Below, in pieces: positions 32,416-40,943 of a DNA stretch of 40,943 nt. The position numbers and the translations under genes are program-made. Source of the DNA: a virus (Duplodnaviria > Caudoviricetes); IMG/VR virus record IMGVR_UViG_3300044259_000093, positions 1-40,943 of that record. One strand, written 5' to 3'. Under the pieces are notes generated by a model. The model was not told where the DNA came from. It ran no database searches and saw only the letters and a list, made by a program, of their open reading frames with translations. Numbering within the stretch: position 1 is the stretch's first letter; the number at the start of each line of letters is the position of its first letter.

Positions 32416-32957
32416 TACAGGTACACCATGAATGGCTGCCACAGCAAGCCCATGAAGCTCTCCGGCAGCTCGTAGATGCCGCCGGCGCCCATGGCCGTAG
32501 CCTGCTCGCGGTTCTCATACATCACACCGATGGCCAGCAGCATCCACTGCTTGAGCGCCTGCGGCACGTCGGACGGGGTGGGGTACCCGGCGGTGAAATT
32601 CACGCGGATGCTGCCGGGCTGCACGGCGGGCCACACCTGGCCGTATTTGCGCTCCAGCGTGGCCGGCTCGACAAAAGCATTTGCCTCGTAGACATCGGTC
32701 GAGAGAGTCTGCGCCGCACCGTCCGGGTCAATGTAGGTGATGCTGGTGATCTCGCCGAACGGCGCGCCGGGCAGCGGTACGCCGTCCGTGAATGCCGACA
32801 ACGGCAGCACCGCGTCGCCCGGCACCAGCTTGCGCTGCGTGCGGCCCTCGACCATCTGGCGGGCGGCCGGGATCAGCGCCGAGATATAGTCGTCCTCGTC
32901 GCTGATCACCACCCGGAGGTGGGCTTTTGCTTCGGCTAGGGTGATAGGTTCGGTCAT
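32415..32957 (-). CDS. head-tail connector (gp6-like)
   Basis: EPITLAEAKAHLRV..EDD.I..LI.AAR; VP..LKQW.LL....YENRE. Confidence 0.9.
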   Translation of the reverse strand: MTEPITLAEAKAHLRVVISDEDDYISALIPAARQMVEGRTQRKLVPGDAVLPLSAFTDGVPLPGAPFGEITSITYIDPDGAAQTLSTDVYEANAFVEPATLERKYGQVWPAVQPGSIRVNFTAGYPTPSDVPQALKQWMLLAIGVMYENREQATAMGAGGIYELPESFMGLLWQPFMVYL

Positions 32958-32987
32958 GGTGTGGCTATGGCTTTGATGTCCATGGGC

Positions 32988-35270
32988 TTACAGTGCCGCT
33001 ACAGTACGGGCCTCAGCGGCTTGGAGCGCTGTCAACGGGGCGCTCAGATGGTCGCCGTCTTTCGTCGCGTACACCGGGGTCCCGTTGGCGTAGTGGTGGT
33101 ATTTGTCGATGCCGTAGCGTGACGTGCCGGGGATAAACGCATCGATCTTGGTGCCGACTGCGGCCTCGATGTAAGCGTCCAGCTGATCCATCGTGCCGCC
33201 AGGGACGAAGCCCGGCACCGCCACCTGGTCCGAAGCGTCCGCAGCAGTCCAGAGCTTGCCCGTCATCGTCAGGGTCTGGCCCGAAACACCGGTGACACTC
33301 GTACCGTTGACGTTGCCTACTGTCCAAGCAGTGCCGGAGCCGGAAGCCAAGTAGCTGCCCGCCGCCACGCCTGTACCCGTGAATGCCTGACCCACCGCCA
33401 AAGCCCCCGAAGTCACCGAGGAAACGGTGAGCGCGTTGTTGGTGATGCTGCCGACGACAACCGCTTCTTGCGTCGTACTGGCGCGGGTGCGCGCAAGCAG
33501 CTTCGATTGCACCACCTTTTTGACGCCGTTCCACCCCAGCAGCTTGGTCTTGAGCGTGGCCCACATCGTGGTCAGATCATTCTGCGCGGTGGTCAGATTA
33601 CCTACTACGCCGGCAGTCCCGAGCGTGTTTGTGCCAGGGTTGCAGACCGCCCAGTCTGCCAAGCTGCACAGGTCGAGCAGACGAGGGTCGTTAATCAGGC
33701 CGGCGACGGTGATGCCGCTGCGTGCCAGGTTCAGGCCGGAGCGCAACTGCGCAGCCGATCCGTCGCCGCGCAACATGCGCTGCACGCTGCCGTAGCCCAT
33801 TGGGCTGAACGTCTGGTCGTCGCCGACGCCCTGGTAGATACTGTCGCCCACGCCGGCAACGACCGGGGCGCGCTGCGTGATGTATTTGCAGACGAAGCGC
33901 GGACAAGGGATCGCGGAATTCGACATGCCGGTCGGCGTGGTGCCAGTCCAGCTGAAAGGCGCCAGCGCATCGGTGCTGGACATCGTAGTCACAGCAGGAT
34001 CCCACGCCACGCCCTGCGTACCGGTCACGCCGCTGATAACGCGGCCCGACTGCGCAACGATGTTGTTGCCAGCGGATGGGACCTGGTACTTGACCTTCCC
34101 GCGCAACACCGTCCCCTGCGGGATGCCAGTTGCGTCGCTAAAGCCCAGCGCGGACGGCGGGTAGCTCTGCGTGGGAATGCGGTGATCGCCCACCGCGATC
34201 TCCCTGCTGCGCGAGCTGTCGGGGAAGGCAATCGGCAGATTGACAGTGCGGCCAGCGTTCTGGACGCTCAATTCGACGACCGTGTACGGATAAGCGCCAT
34301 TGGTCACCTGCCCGGAAACGTACCAGTTATCCAGCTCGAAGCGGAACTCGCCGGCATCGCCGGAACCGATATGAATCTCGAAATCAACTGCGAAATCCCG
34401 CTTCCCGGAAATCGTCGCTTGCGCGGTATTCATCGGATTGTTGACGGCGCCGGATTTGAATACCGCCGGAGGTGCTTCCGCTGGCGTCACGCTGTTAGAC
34501 ACCGCGCTCACCGGGCCTTGCCCTTCGCTGTTCGCCGAGCGCGCGGTGGCCGTCACGGCGGCGCCGTTCGGGGTCGGGATCGTTGCCGAGGTGGCGCTGC
34601 CGTCGACCACCACGGAGCGGTTGTTGCTCAGCGTGACGATGGTATTGCGCAGCGCGGCGCCGTTGTTCGGTGCTGCGCCCCACGCGGCGGTAACGGCGTT
34701 GTTGCCGGCGGTCAGGGTGAGGCCAGTTGGCGCGCCGGGCTTGGCTGGGGCACTGTATGCGGTCGGAGTGGCGCTGGCGCTGGCGGTGCTGATAGCGCCG
34801 AGGCCAACGCCGTTGATAGCCTTCACCGTGGCCGTTACGGCGACGCCGGCCGGCGCGTTCACCGCAATGGTGGTCGTGCTGCCGAGCTGCTTCTGGCCCG
34901 TGGAGAGCGTCACCTCGTAGCCGGTGATGGCGGTGCCGCCGTTGCTGGCTGGCGCGGTGACGGAGCACAGCACGCCGCCGGCAAACGCCGTCAAGGTCGG
35001 GCTGGTCGGCGCGCCAGGGGCGGCAATGCCGGTGAACAGTTGCAGGATATTGCCGGCGCTGTCGGCGTAGCCGAGCGGCACCTCGTCGACACCGTAGGCG
35101 ATGCCGTTGCGGCGGCTGTTCTGCGGGGTTTGGTGCGCGTAGGGCACGCCGCCGGAGAGATCCGTCGTAGCGTTCCCTTGCGCCACCAGATCCGTTTCGA
35201 CGCCGCTGGCCAGCGTTACGATGGTGTTCGGGCTAAAGCGGCCATAGCTGGCCAGCAGGCGAATGGTCAT
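32988..35270 (-). CDS. virion-associated FN3-repeat plus SGNH/GDSL hydrolase protein
   Basis: Two FN3-like repeats (PGAPT..T.TA....P.NNG); GDSI, N.ARSG, GTN, DGDH SGNH blocks. Confidence 0.8.
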   Translation of the reverse strand: MTIRLLASYGRFSPNTIVTLASGVETDLVAQGNATTDLSGGVPYAHQTPQNSRRNGIAYGVDEVPLGYADSAGNILQLFTGIAAPGAPTSPTLTAFAGGVLCSVTAPASNGGTAITGYEVTLSTGQKQLGSTTTIAVNAPAGVAVTATVKAINGVGLGAISTASASATPTAYSAPAKPGAPTGLTLTAGNNAVTAAWGAAPNNGAALRNTIVTLSNNRSVVVDGSATSATIPTPNGAAVTATARSANSEGQGPVSAVSNSVTPAEAPPAVFKSGAVNNPMNTAQATISGKRDFAVDFEIHIGSGDAGEFRFELDNWYVSGQVTNGAYPYTVVELSVQNAGRTVNLPIAFPDSSRSREIAVGDHRIPTQSYPPSALGFSDATGIPQGTVLRGKVKYQVPSAGNNIVAQSGRVISGVTGTQGVAWDPAVTTMSSTDALAPFSWTGTTPTGMSNSAIPCPRFVCKYITQRAPVVAGVGDSIYQGVGDDQTFSPMGYGSVQRMLRGDGSAAQLRSGLNLARSGITVAGLINDPRLLDLCSLADWAVCNPGTNTLGTAGVVGNLTTAQNDLTTMWATLKTKLLGWNGVKKVVQSKLLARTRASTTQEAVVVGSITNNALTVSSVTSGALAVGQAFTGTGVAAGSYLASGSGTAWTVGNVNGTSVTGVSGQTLTMTGKLWTAADASDQVAVPGFVPGGTMDQLDAYIEAAVGTKIDAFIPGTSRYGIDKYHHYANGTPVYATKDGDHLSAPLTALQAAEARTVAAL

Positions 35271-35282
35271 GGTGGTGTCCTG

Positions 35283-35549
35283 TTATTTCTTTTTCGGTTT
35301 GGCGTCGGCCTTGTTCTCCGGCGCGGTTTCCATTTTGTTTTCCAGCGCGGGCGCTGCCTTGGCTTCGCCCAGCAGGTCGTCGGTCTGGCTGTCCGTTTCG
35401 CCGGTTGGCGGGTCGTCGGCTTCGATCAGCACCAGGCCCTTGCCCTCCAGCTCTTTGGCCTCGTGCTCGGGCAGGTGGGCGCTGTCGCCCTTGGCCGGAC
35501 TCCAGCGGTAATGGGTGAACGAATCGGTGGCAGTAACTTTGACTTTCAT
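35283..35549 (-). CDS. small post-capsid protein (head accessory)
   Basis: AGGAG SD; MKVKV..SF...GD......A.EL..KGLV; ENKM...ENK tail. Confidence 0.75.
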   Translation of the reverse strand: MKVKVTATDSFTHYRWSPAKGDSAHLPEHEAKELEGKGLVLIEADDPPTGETDSQTDDLLGEAKAAPALENKMETAPENKADAKPKKK

Positions 35550-35603
35550 GGGGCTTTCTCCTGTTCGGGAACACCGGCGGCCGGAGCCGCCGGGGAATCG
35601 GCA

Positions 35604-36788
35604 TTACGGGGTGATATCACCCTTGACGAACGCTTCGGGGCGGTACACCGCCGAGGTCAGGCGTTCTTCGGCCATGATCGTCACGAGGTTGTTGACGAAG
35701 TCATCCTCGTTTTCGGTCGAGATCACCACGTTGGCGTCGTCGCGATCGAAGATCTGCGAACCCATCTTGAACGCGCCGACCAGGAAGGTGTCGATGGTCA
35801 TAGCCTGGGTTGCGACCACTGGCTGGCCCCACAGGGTTGGGCGCAGATTGCCTTGCGGGTTGCCGATGACGTACTGGCCGGTCGTGTCCTTGGTCAGCTC
35901 AATGGCCGCCCAGTCCGCCGGGTGCAGCACGATGCCGTCCGATGGGTACTCGGCCAGCTCAGCTTGCAGCAGCGCCAGGCGCAGCACGTCGATACGAGTC
36001 GGCGAGGAAATAGCAATCGGCGCCGAGTAGGCGGTAGCCTGGGTGTAGATGCCGTTCAGGTTGTTGCCGGTGCCGGAGCCTTTCAGCAGCTGGGCTTCTT
36101 CGACGAACGCCAGGCCGTAGCGCAGGCGGCTGTCGATCTGCGATTGCAGTTGGGCGAAGTCTTCCAAGATCTCGGTCGACGCCTTGATAAAGTGGGTCAG
36201 CTTTTTCACCGACGCGTCGGTCAGCGCATAGGTCAGGCTCGACTCGTTTTTGCGCGTGCCTTCGGCGGTCGGGCCGGCGTTGTTGGTGAAGCCGGTTTCT
36301 TTCAGGTAGCGCACCAGGTTGCTGGTGGTGCGGCCCGGCGCCATCAGGTCGCGGATGGTCAGGCGGCGGTTATTCGGCACGTTGACACCTGCCAGATAAT
36401 CCGGCGTCACGCCCTGGCCGGCGCTGTTGCTGGCGCTGGTGATCGCTTTGACCGACACCGACAGCTTGCCGCCCTTGCCTTCCAGCAGCGACGAGGCCGA
36501 CTTCTTGAAGTCTTCATTCTCGATGACCTGGAAACCGATCGATTTCAGCTTCGCGCCGGCGGCGTCTTCGGCGGCGCGGCGCGCGGCCTTCTGCTCCAGC
36601 GCGGTCAGCTGGGCGACGAATTCCGATTGCTTGGTCAGCAGCTCGTCCACCGTCTGCTTGACGCCTTCGGACATCGTAACGCCCTTCGTGGCTTCGGCCA
36701 TGGCCTTCTCGGCGTGTTCTTTCACGCTGTCGCGGATTTTGCCCAGTTCTTCGGTGATTTGTTTCACTTCCATCATATCGTTTGGCAT
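35604..36788 (-). CDS. HK97-family major capsid protein
   Basis: N-terminal coiled-coil delta domain; RRLTIRDL, E..QLL.G.G, LHP.DW, LWG.PVV, AEER...VYRPEAFV. Confidence 0.95.
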   Translation of the reverse strand: MPNDMMEVKQITEELGKIRDSVKEHAEKAMAEATKGVTMSEGVKQTVDELLTKQSEFVAQLTALEQKAARRAAEDAAGAKLKSIGFQVIENEDFKKSASSLLEGKGGKLSVSVKAITSASNSAGQGVTPDYLAGVNVPNNRRLTIRDLMAPGRTTSNLVRYLKETGFTNNAGPTAEGTRKNESSLTYALTDASVKKLTHFIKASTEILEDFAQLQSQIDSRLRYGLAFVEEAQLLKGSGTGNNLNGIYTQATAYSAPIAISSPTRIDVLRLALLQAELAEYPSDGIVLHPADWAAIELTKDTTGQYVIGNPQGNLRPTLWGQPVVATQAMTIDTFLVGAFKMGSQIFDRDDANVVISTENEDDFVNNLVTIMAEERLTSAVYRPEAFVKGDITP

Positions 36789-36800
36789 GATGTGGTTTCC

Positions 36801-37511
36801 TTATTGGGTGAGGGTGAGGGTGAAGCCGCGCAGCGCGGCCAGGATTTCAGCGCCTTTTTCGCCACCGGACTCACTCCGGGAAAGCAGTTTTCCGTGGCCG
36901 GCGGCGGCAACCGCTGCGGCCTCGGTTTTCGAGAACCCTGCCTCGCGCAGGAAGTCCTCAAATTCGCGGATTGCCGGCATCTGGCCGGCCTTCATCTTGC
37001 GCACAAAGGCGTCCATATTGGCCGCCTTCACTTGGTCAACACTCGCCAGCTCGTTAGCCGGGAAGGTGACAATGCTGATCTCGCGCAGATCCAGCTCCTG
37101 CAGGGTGCGGATGCCGGTTTTTTCGTCGTAGCTGCTCTTGCGGACGTAGTAGCCGATGGACATGCCGCGCACGACGCGGCGTTTCAGCAGGGCGTGGGCC
37201 TCGGCCGCCAGCGGGATCTCCTTGGACATCAGGAAACCCTCCACCAGCAGGCCGTGGTCGTCCTCGGCCAGTGTGTTGTAGCCGCCGATAGGCTGATCGG
37301 GGTTGTGCTGCCACAGGGCCGGCAGCGGATCTCCGCTGGCTTTGATTTCCGCCAGGCTCTTGGCGAAGGCGCCAGGGGCAACGATTTCGCCGTAGCTGTC
37401 GACGTTGCCGAATACGGAGCCGTAGCCCTTGAAGGTGCCGTCCTCGTTCACCTTGTCGGCCTTGAACGCAAATTGCTTGCGTTGCAGCTCGCCGGCGTCT
37501 TTACGTTTCAT
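36801..37511 (-). CDS. HK97-family prohead protease
   Basis: F.GYGSVFGNVDS, LWQH, GMSIGY, L.EISIVTFPAN. Confidence 0.95.
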   Translation of the reverse strand: MKRKDAGELQRKQFAFKADKVNEDGTFKGYGSVFGNVDSYGEIVAPGAFAKSLAEIKASGDPLPALWQHNPDQPIGGYNTLAEDDHGLLVEGFLMSKEIPLAAEAHALLKRRVVRGMSIGYYVRKSSYDEKTGIRTLQELDLREISIVTFPANELASVDQVKAANMDAFVRKMKAGQMPAIREFEDFLREAGFSKTEAAAVAAAGHGKLLSRSESGGEKGAEILAALRGFTLTLTQ

Positions 37512-38802
37512 CGCGCTTGTCGTCCTTGTCGAGGCCCAGCCATGAAAGCAACGCCGATTTGGCGGCCTGGGCGGTGTTGGTGATTTTCCCCAGCAATGTA
37601 ACAGGAATAAGGTTGCTTTGTACAGTCAAATCGTCGCCGCCTGGCAACGGCGGGTCATTTTCGAGCGCGCGGACCTCGTTGCGGGTCTTGAGACCGTTCT
37701 GCACGGCGGTGGCGTAGACCTGATACCGGGTCTGGCTATCGGCGCGCAGCAGGCCCTCCACGCTGAATTCGCTGTAGTAGCGCAGGCGCTCGGCCGGCTT
37801 CATCAGCGATTTCTTGACGCCTTGCTCGATGCGCACCATGTAAGCGCGCAGGACGTACTGCAGGAAGCCGAGATTCTGCTGCTCGCGGCCGGTGCCCCAG
37901 TTCGATACCGCGGTGCCATGGCCCACCATGGACGGCGGCACGTTGAACCAGCGGCACAGATCCTCTACGCTGTACTGGCGCGTCTCCAGCATCTGCGCGT
38001 CGACCGGGTTCATGCTCAATTGCTTGAACTCGGCGCCGCCTTCGAGCAGCTGGAGCTGGCCCGTCCTGGAATTGCCGAATACGGCACCCATGACCTTGTT
38101 TTTCATCTGCTCGCGCTGCTTGGCGTCGAGGAATTCTTTCACCGACACCACGCCGGCCACCCGCATGTCATTGGTGAACATCGCCGCGCTGGCGGCCTCG
38201 GCCGCGCCGGCACCGGCCATCGAGCGCCAGCCTACGCCGATCGGGGACAGGCCACACAGGCCGTCCGTGCCGAAGCCCTTGATGTGCCAGATATCGGCCT
38301 CGGTGTATTCTTTTTGGCCCTTCGGCGTGGCGTACAGGTAGGTTACGGCGCCGTCGAGCGTGCGGCGCACGGTCATCAGCGCGGGGTTCAGCGGGTCGAG
38401 GGAGACGATATTGCCGACCACGTTGCGCGTGATCAGCACGTACGAGTTCCCCCACAGGAGCAACAGGGATACGACGGCCTCCCAAAACTCGACTGCCGTC
38501 ATGTCGGCGTTCGGGGAATCGTGCAGCAGGCCGTATAGCGGGTGCTTGAAAGCCACCTTGCGACCGGTGTCGGTGCGCTCGTAGGTGATCAGCGGCAGCG
38601 TGGCGATCGTCTCGGCGATCAGCCGGACGCAGGCCCACACCGTGGAGAGCTGCAGGGCCTTGTGGATGGCCGGCGTCGGCCCGTAGGTGCCATACGGCTT
38701 GTCGTCCGCGGTGGTGATATTTTTGTTTGGGTCGTGTACGGCAGCGCGGTATGCCACCGCGTCACGGATCGAGAAGAAAATACCCTTGAGAGAGAGTTTC
38801 AC
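37501..38802 (-). CDS. HK97-family portal protein
   Basis: VWACVRLIAETIATLP, PN..MT..EFW, GLSPI, DAQMLE.R, F.VPP. Confidence 0.95.
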   Translation of the reverse strand: MKLSLKGIFFSIRDAVAYRAAVHDPNKNITTADDKPYGTYGPTPAIHKALQLSTVWACVRLIAETIATLPLITYERTDTGRKVAFKHPLYGLLHDSPNADMTAVEFWEAVVSLLLLWGNSYVLITRNVVGNIVSLDPLNPALMTVRRTLDGAVTYLYATPKGQKEYTEADIWHIKGFGTDGLCGLSPIGVGWRSMAGAGAAEAASAAMFTNDMRVAGVVSVKEFLDAKQREQMKNKVMGAVFGNSRTGQLQLLEGGAEFKQLSMNPVDAQMLETRQYSVEDLCRWFNVPPSMVGHGTAVSNWGTGREQQNLGFLQYVLRAYMVRIEQGVKKSLMKPAERLRYYSEFSVEGLLRADSQTRYQVYATAVQNGLKTRNEVRALENDPPLPGGDDLTVQSNLIPVTLLGKITNTAQAAKSALLSWLGLDKDDKRDET

Positions 38803-40415
38803 GCGGCCACCTCATCGTTCAGGTAGTCGTCGAGAGTGCCCCCCGTGCTTTCCGCCTCCTGCGGCATGACGCCGACGGCGATGGCCAGGGCCACCAGGCC
38901 GTCAATACGGCCCCGCGCGCGGCGCTTGTCGAACTTGCGCGCGCCGCTGTCGCCTACTACCTTCGCATTTGCCGCGCACATGTTGAGCACTGGGTGGTTT
39001 CCGTGTTTGAGTTGAGCGTTTAGCAATTTGACCTCCAGGTCGCGTAGCGCCGGAGTCATACTGGCCGTACCTTGCCCGAAATCTACGAATCGGTCAAGTT
39101 CTTCCTCTGTGAACAGGGGTTTTCCGGTATTTGGGTCTTCTTTTCGCAACCATTCTTTAAGAAAAGCCATCAAATACCGGTCAAAACCGAACAAAATAAC
39201 CTCGAATTCGTTAAAAATCCGGCGTAAATACTGCGCCACATGGCGGTATTGTATCGCTTTTCCGGGTGTGGTTTGCAGCTTTCCGTCCTTCGCCCACACG
39301 TCATAGGGCACTTTATCCTTCTTGGATTTCTCCGAAAGACCCTCTTCCGGCAGCCAAAAATAAGGGAAAACGGCCCCGTCGTCCTCGTCCACCAGCACCG
39401 CGGCGGTCAAATCGCTGACGCTGGAGAGGTCCAGGCCGCCGTACACCCGCCGGCGCGCGCGCTGCTCCGGCACGGCACCGTTGGCCATCCAGATCGAACG
39501 TGGCACGAACGGCGCCACCGCCTCCACCCGCTGGTTCAGGATCAGGTTGCGGTATTCCGGCTCGAACGAGGGTATGGCCATGGCCTTCTTGCACTGGCGC
39601 TGCACGTCCTCCAGGCTGCGGAAATCGCCGAGCGCGGGGTTGGCCGCCGCCATGCCCGCCGGATCGTCCAGCGGCACCTCTTCCTCTGTATCCTCGCCGG
39701 TGATGGCGTCCTTGACGTAAATAGGCGCGCTGTAGACGTGGCAGACCACGCGGGGATCGTTCGCGGCCTCCTGGGCGTCGATGATCTGCGAGAGCATATC
39801 GTTGTCGGTAGGCGCCTGGGTGCTGATGATCAGCATCAACGGGTTGTCGTAGGCACCCTGGGCCGTCTCGATTGCCGCAATGAACTTGTCGGTAGGGCCG
39901 ACCACCTGGCCCATTTCGTCGATGATGGCCAGGATCGGCGACAGGCCGTGTGCGGTCTTGCCCTCGGCCGCCAGCGCGCGGTACAGCACGTTGCGGTGCA
40001 GGCCCAGTAGCTTCTTCCCGGATGGGAAAATCTTCACCAGGGGCACGAGCGCCGGCGACAACTCGACCATCTTCACCGCCAGCTCAAACACCACGGCCGC
40101 CTGCTCCTTGGACATCGCGCCGCTGACGATCTGGCTATTGAGCACCGCTTCCGGGCCGACCAGGTGCGCGAGCAGGATGGCCGCGATCAACGCGGTCTTG
40201 CCGTTCTTCCGGGCGATCGACAGCACGCCGGTGTGCGTGCGCGCCGGGTTGTCGTACACCGCCAAGATCCAACGTTTCTGAAACGGGCGCAGCACCATCG
40301 GCAGGCCGATGTGCTTGCCCTCCGGCGTCATGCAGTATTTCTCGATGAAGGCTATGACCTTCTCGCCGCGGGTGCGCAGCGCGGATGCCGGGGCGTGTTT
40401 GCGCTTCGTCGACAT
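38799..40415 (-). CDS. terL: terminase large subunit
   Basis: ARKNGKT Walker A, IIDE Walker B, GLDLS..SDLTA, RIDG.VA. Confidence 0.95.
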   Translation of the reverse strand: MSTKRKHAPASALRTRGEKVIAFIEKYCMTPEGKHIGLPMVLRPFQKRWILAVYDNPARTHTGVLSIARKNGKTALIAAILLAHLVGPEAVLNSQIVSGAMSKEQAAVVFELAVKMVELSPALVPLVKIFPSGKKLLGLHRNVLYRALAAEGKTAHGLSPILAIIDEMGQVVGPTDKFIAAIETAQGAYDNPLMLIISTQAPTDNDMLSQIIDAQEAANDPRVVCHVYSAPIYVKDAITGEDTEEEVPLDDPAGMAAANPALGDFRSLEDVQRQCKKAMAIPSFEPEYRNLILNQRVEAVAPFVPRSIWMANGAVPEQRARRRVYGGLDLSSVSDLTAAVLVDEDDGAVFPYFWLPEEGLSEKSKKDKVPYDVWAKDGKLQTTPGKAIQYRHVAQYLRRIFNEFEVILFGFDRYLMAFLKEWLRKEDPNTGKPLFTEEELDRFVDFGQGTASMTPALRDLEVKLLNAQLKHGNHPVLNMCAANAKVVGDSGARKFDKRRARGRIDGLVALAIAVGVMPQEAESTGGTLDDYLNDEVAA

Positions 40416-40894
40416 CAGCGCGCCAGCAGGCCGTCGTCCTCGGCCTCCACCTGGGCGCGGGCCTTGCGCGCGTTCGCCTCGGCCTTGCGGGCGCCGGCCT
40501 TGTTGCGCGCATCACCCTCGCCGCCGGGGGTGCGGCCGCCCATTTGCAGGGCGCGCATCAGCGCCAGTTCCTTGCGCGCCAGCTGTTCGCACACCGCCAT
40601 GCGTGGGTTGGCGATCGGCGTGCCCTTGTCGTTGGTAATCACCCGGCCTTCGACGATAAGCTGGTCCTGCTCCATCTGCTGGTCCGCCAGGCACTCGGCC
40701 AGTTGCGCGGCGACGATCAAGTGCAGATCGACCCACTCGTCCCTCGCGCGTGCGCGCACAATAGCGTCGAAGTAAGGCCGCGCGTCTACAGAAATTTGCA
40801 CGAAATCAGGCGGTTGCAGATCCGGCGCGGCTGCGTTTTTTGCCGCGTTCAGGGCGGCGGCGGCGCTGTCGGAACGGGTGCGTTTAGTTGTCAT
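40415..40894 (-). CDS. terS: terminase small subunit
   Basis: Upstream of terL; EG.VI...GTPIANP (P27-like). Confidence 0.85.
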   Translation of the reverse strand: MTTKRTRSDSAAAALNAAKNAAAPDLQPPDFVQISVDARPYFDAIVRARARDEWVDLHLIVAAQLAECLADQQMEQDQLIVEGRVITNDKGTPIANPRMAVCEQLARKELALMRALQMGGRTPGGEGDARNKAGARKAEANARKARAQVEAEDDGLLAR

Positions 40895-40943
40895 ATGGCA
40901 AAGTTTCAGGGGCGCAAGTTGTGTGTTAGCGTTGAGAAAGAGG

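Noticed and set aside
33468-37583. 1371-aa plus-strand ORF
   Set aside because: It is an antisense shadow of the capsid, protease and esterase genes, expected with high-GC codon bias, and has no recognisable motifs.

Overview
The window appears to be an essentially complete, GC-rich, ~41 kb siphovirus genome, probably opened at its cos site. The minus strand carries an HK97-type morphogenesis and lysis arm: terS, terL, portal, protease, capsid, a capsid-adjacent FN3/SGNH esterase, neck genes, tail tube, frameshifted tail chaperones, tape measure, tail tip, fibre, endolysin, holin candidates and spanins, plus a packaging-type HNH at the left end. A divergent early region carries, leftward, a tandem Cro-like regulator, an N6/N4 methyltransferase and a primase-helicase. 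Rightward it carries a DUF2800 nuclease, DUF2815 SSB, beta-clamp-like protein, HNH, C5 methyltransferase, family A DNA polymerase, VRR-NUC and SNF2 helicase. I found no integrase, tRNA, CRISPR array or reverse transcriptase. The most striking element is a 302-aa intein in the DNA polymerase (13926-14831). It has no in-frame endonuclease but contains a complete HNH endonuclease gene with its own SD, ATG and stop in the +1 frame (14128-14766). The adjacent C5 methyltransferase is also dual-coding, with a nested +1-frame subunit supplying motif IX. Other candidates are an iteron/cruciform origin, a c4-like structured leader RNA, a repeated operator, and a shared acidic DDF...DLL motif on replication proteins. 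All family assignments come from motif recognition by eye, not database searches.
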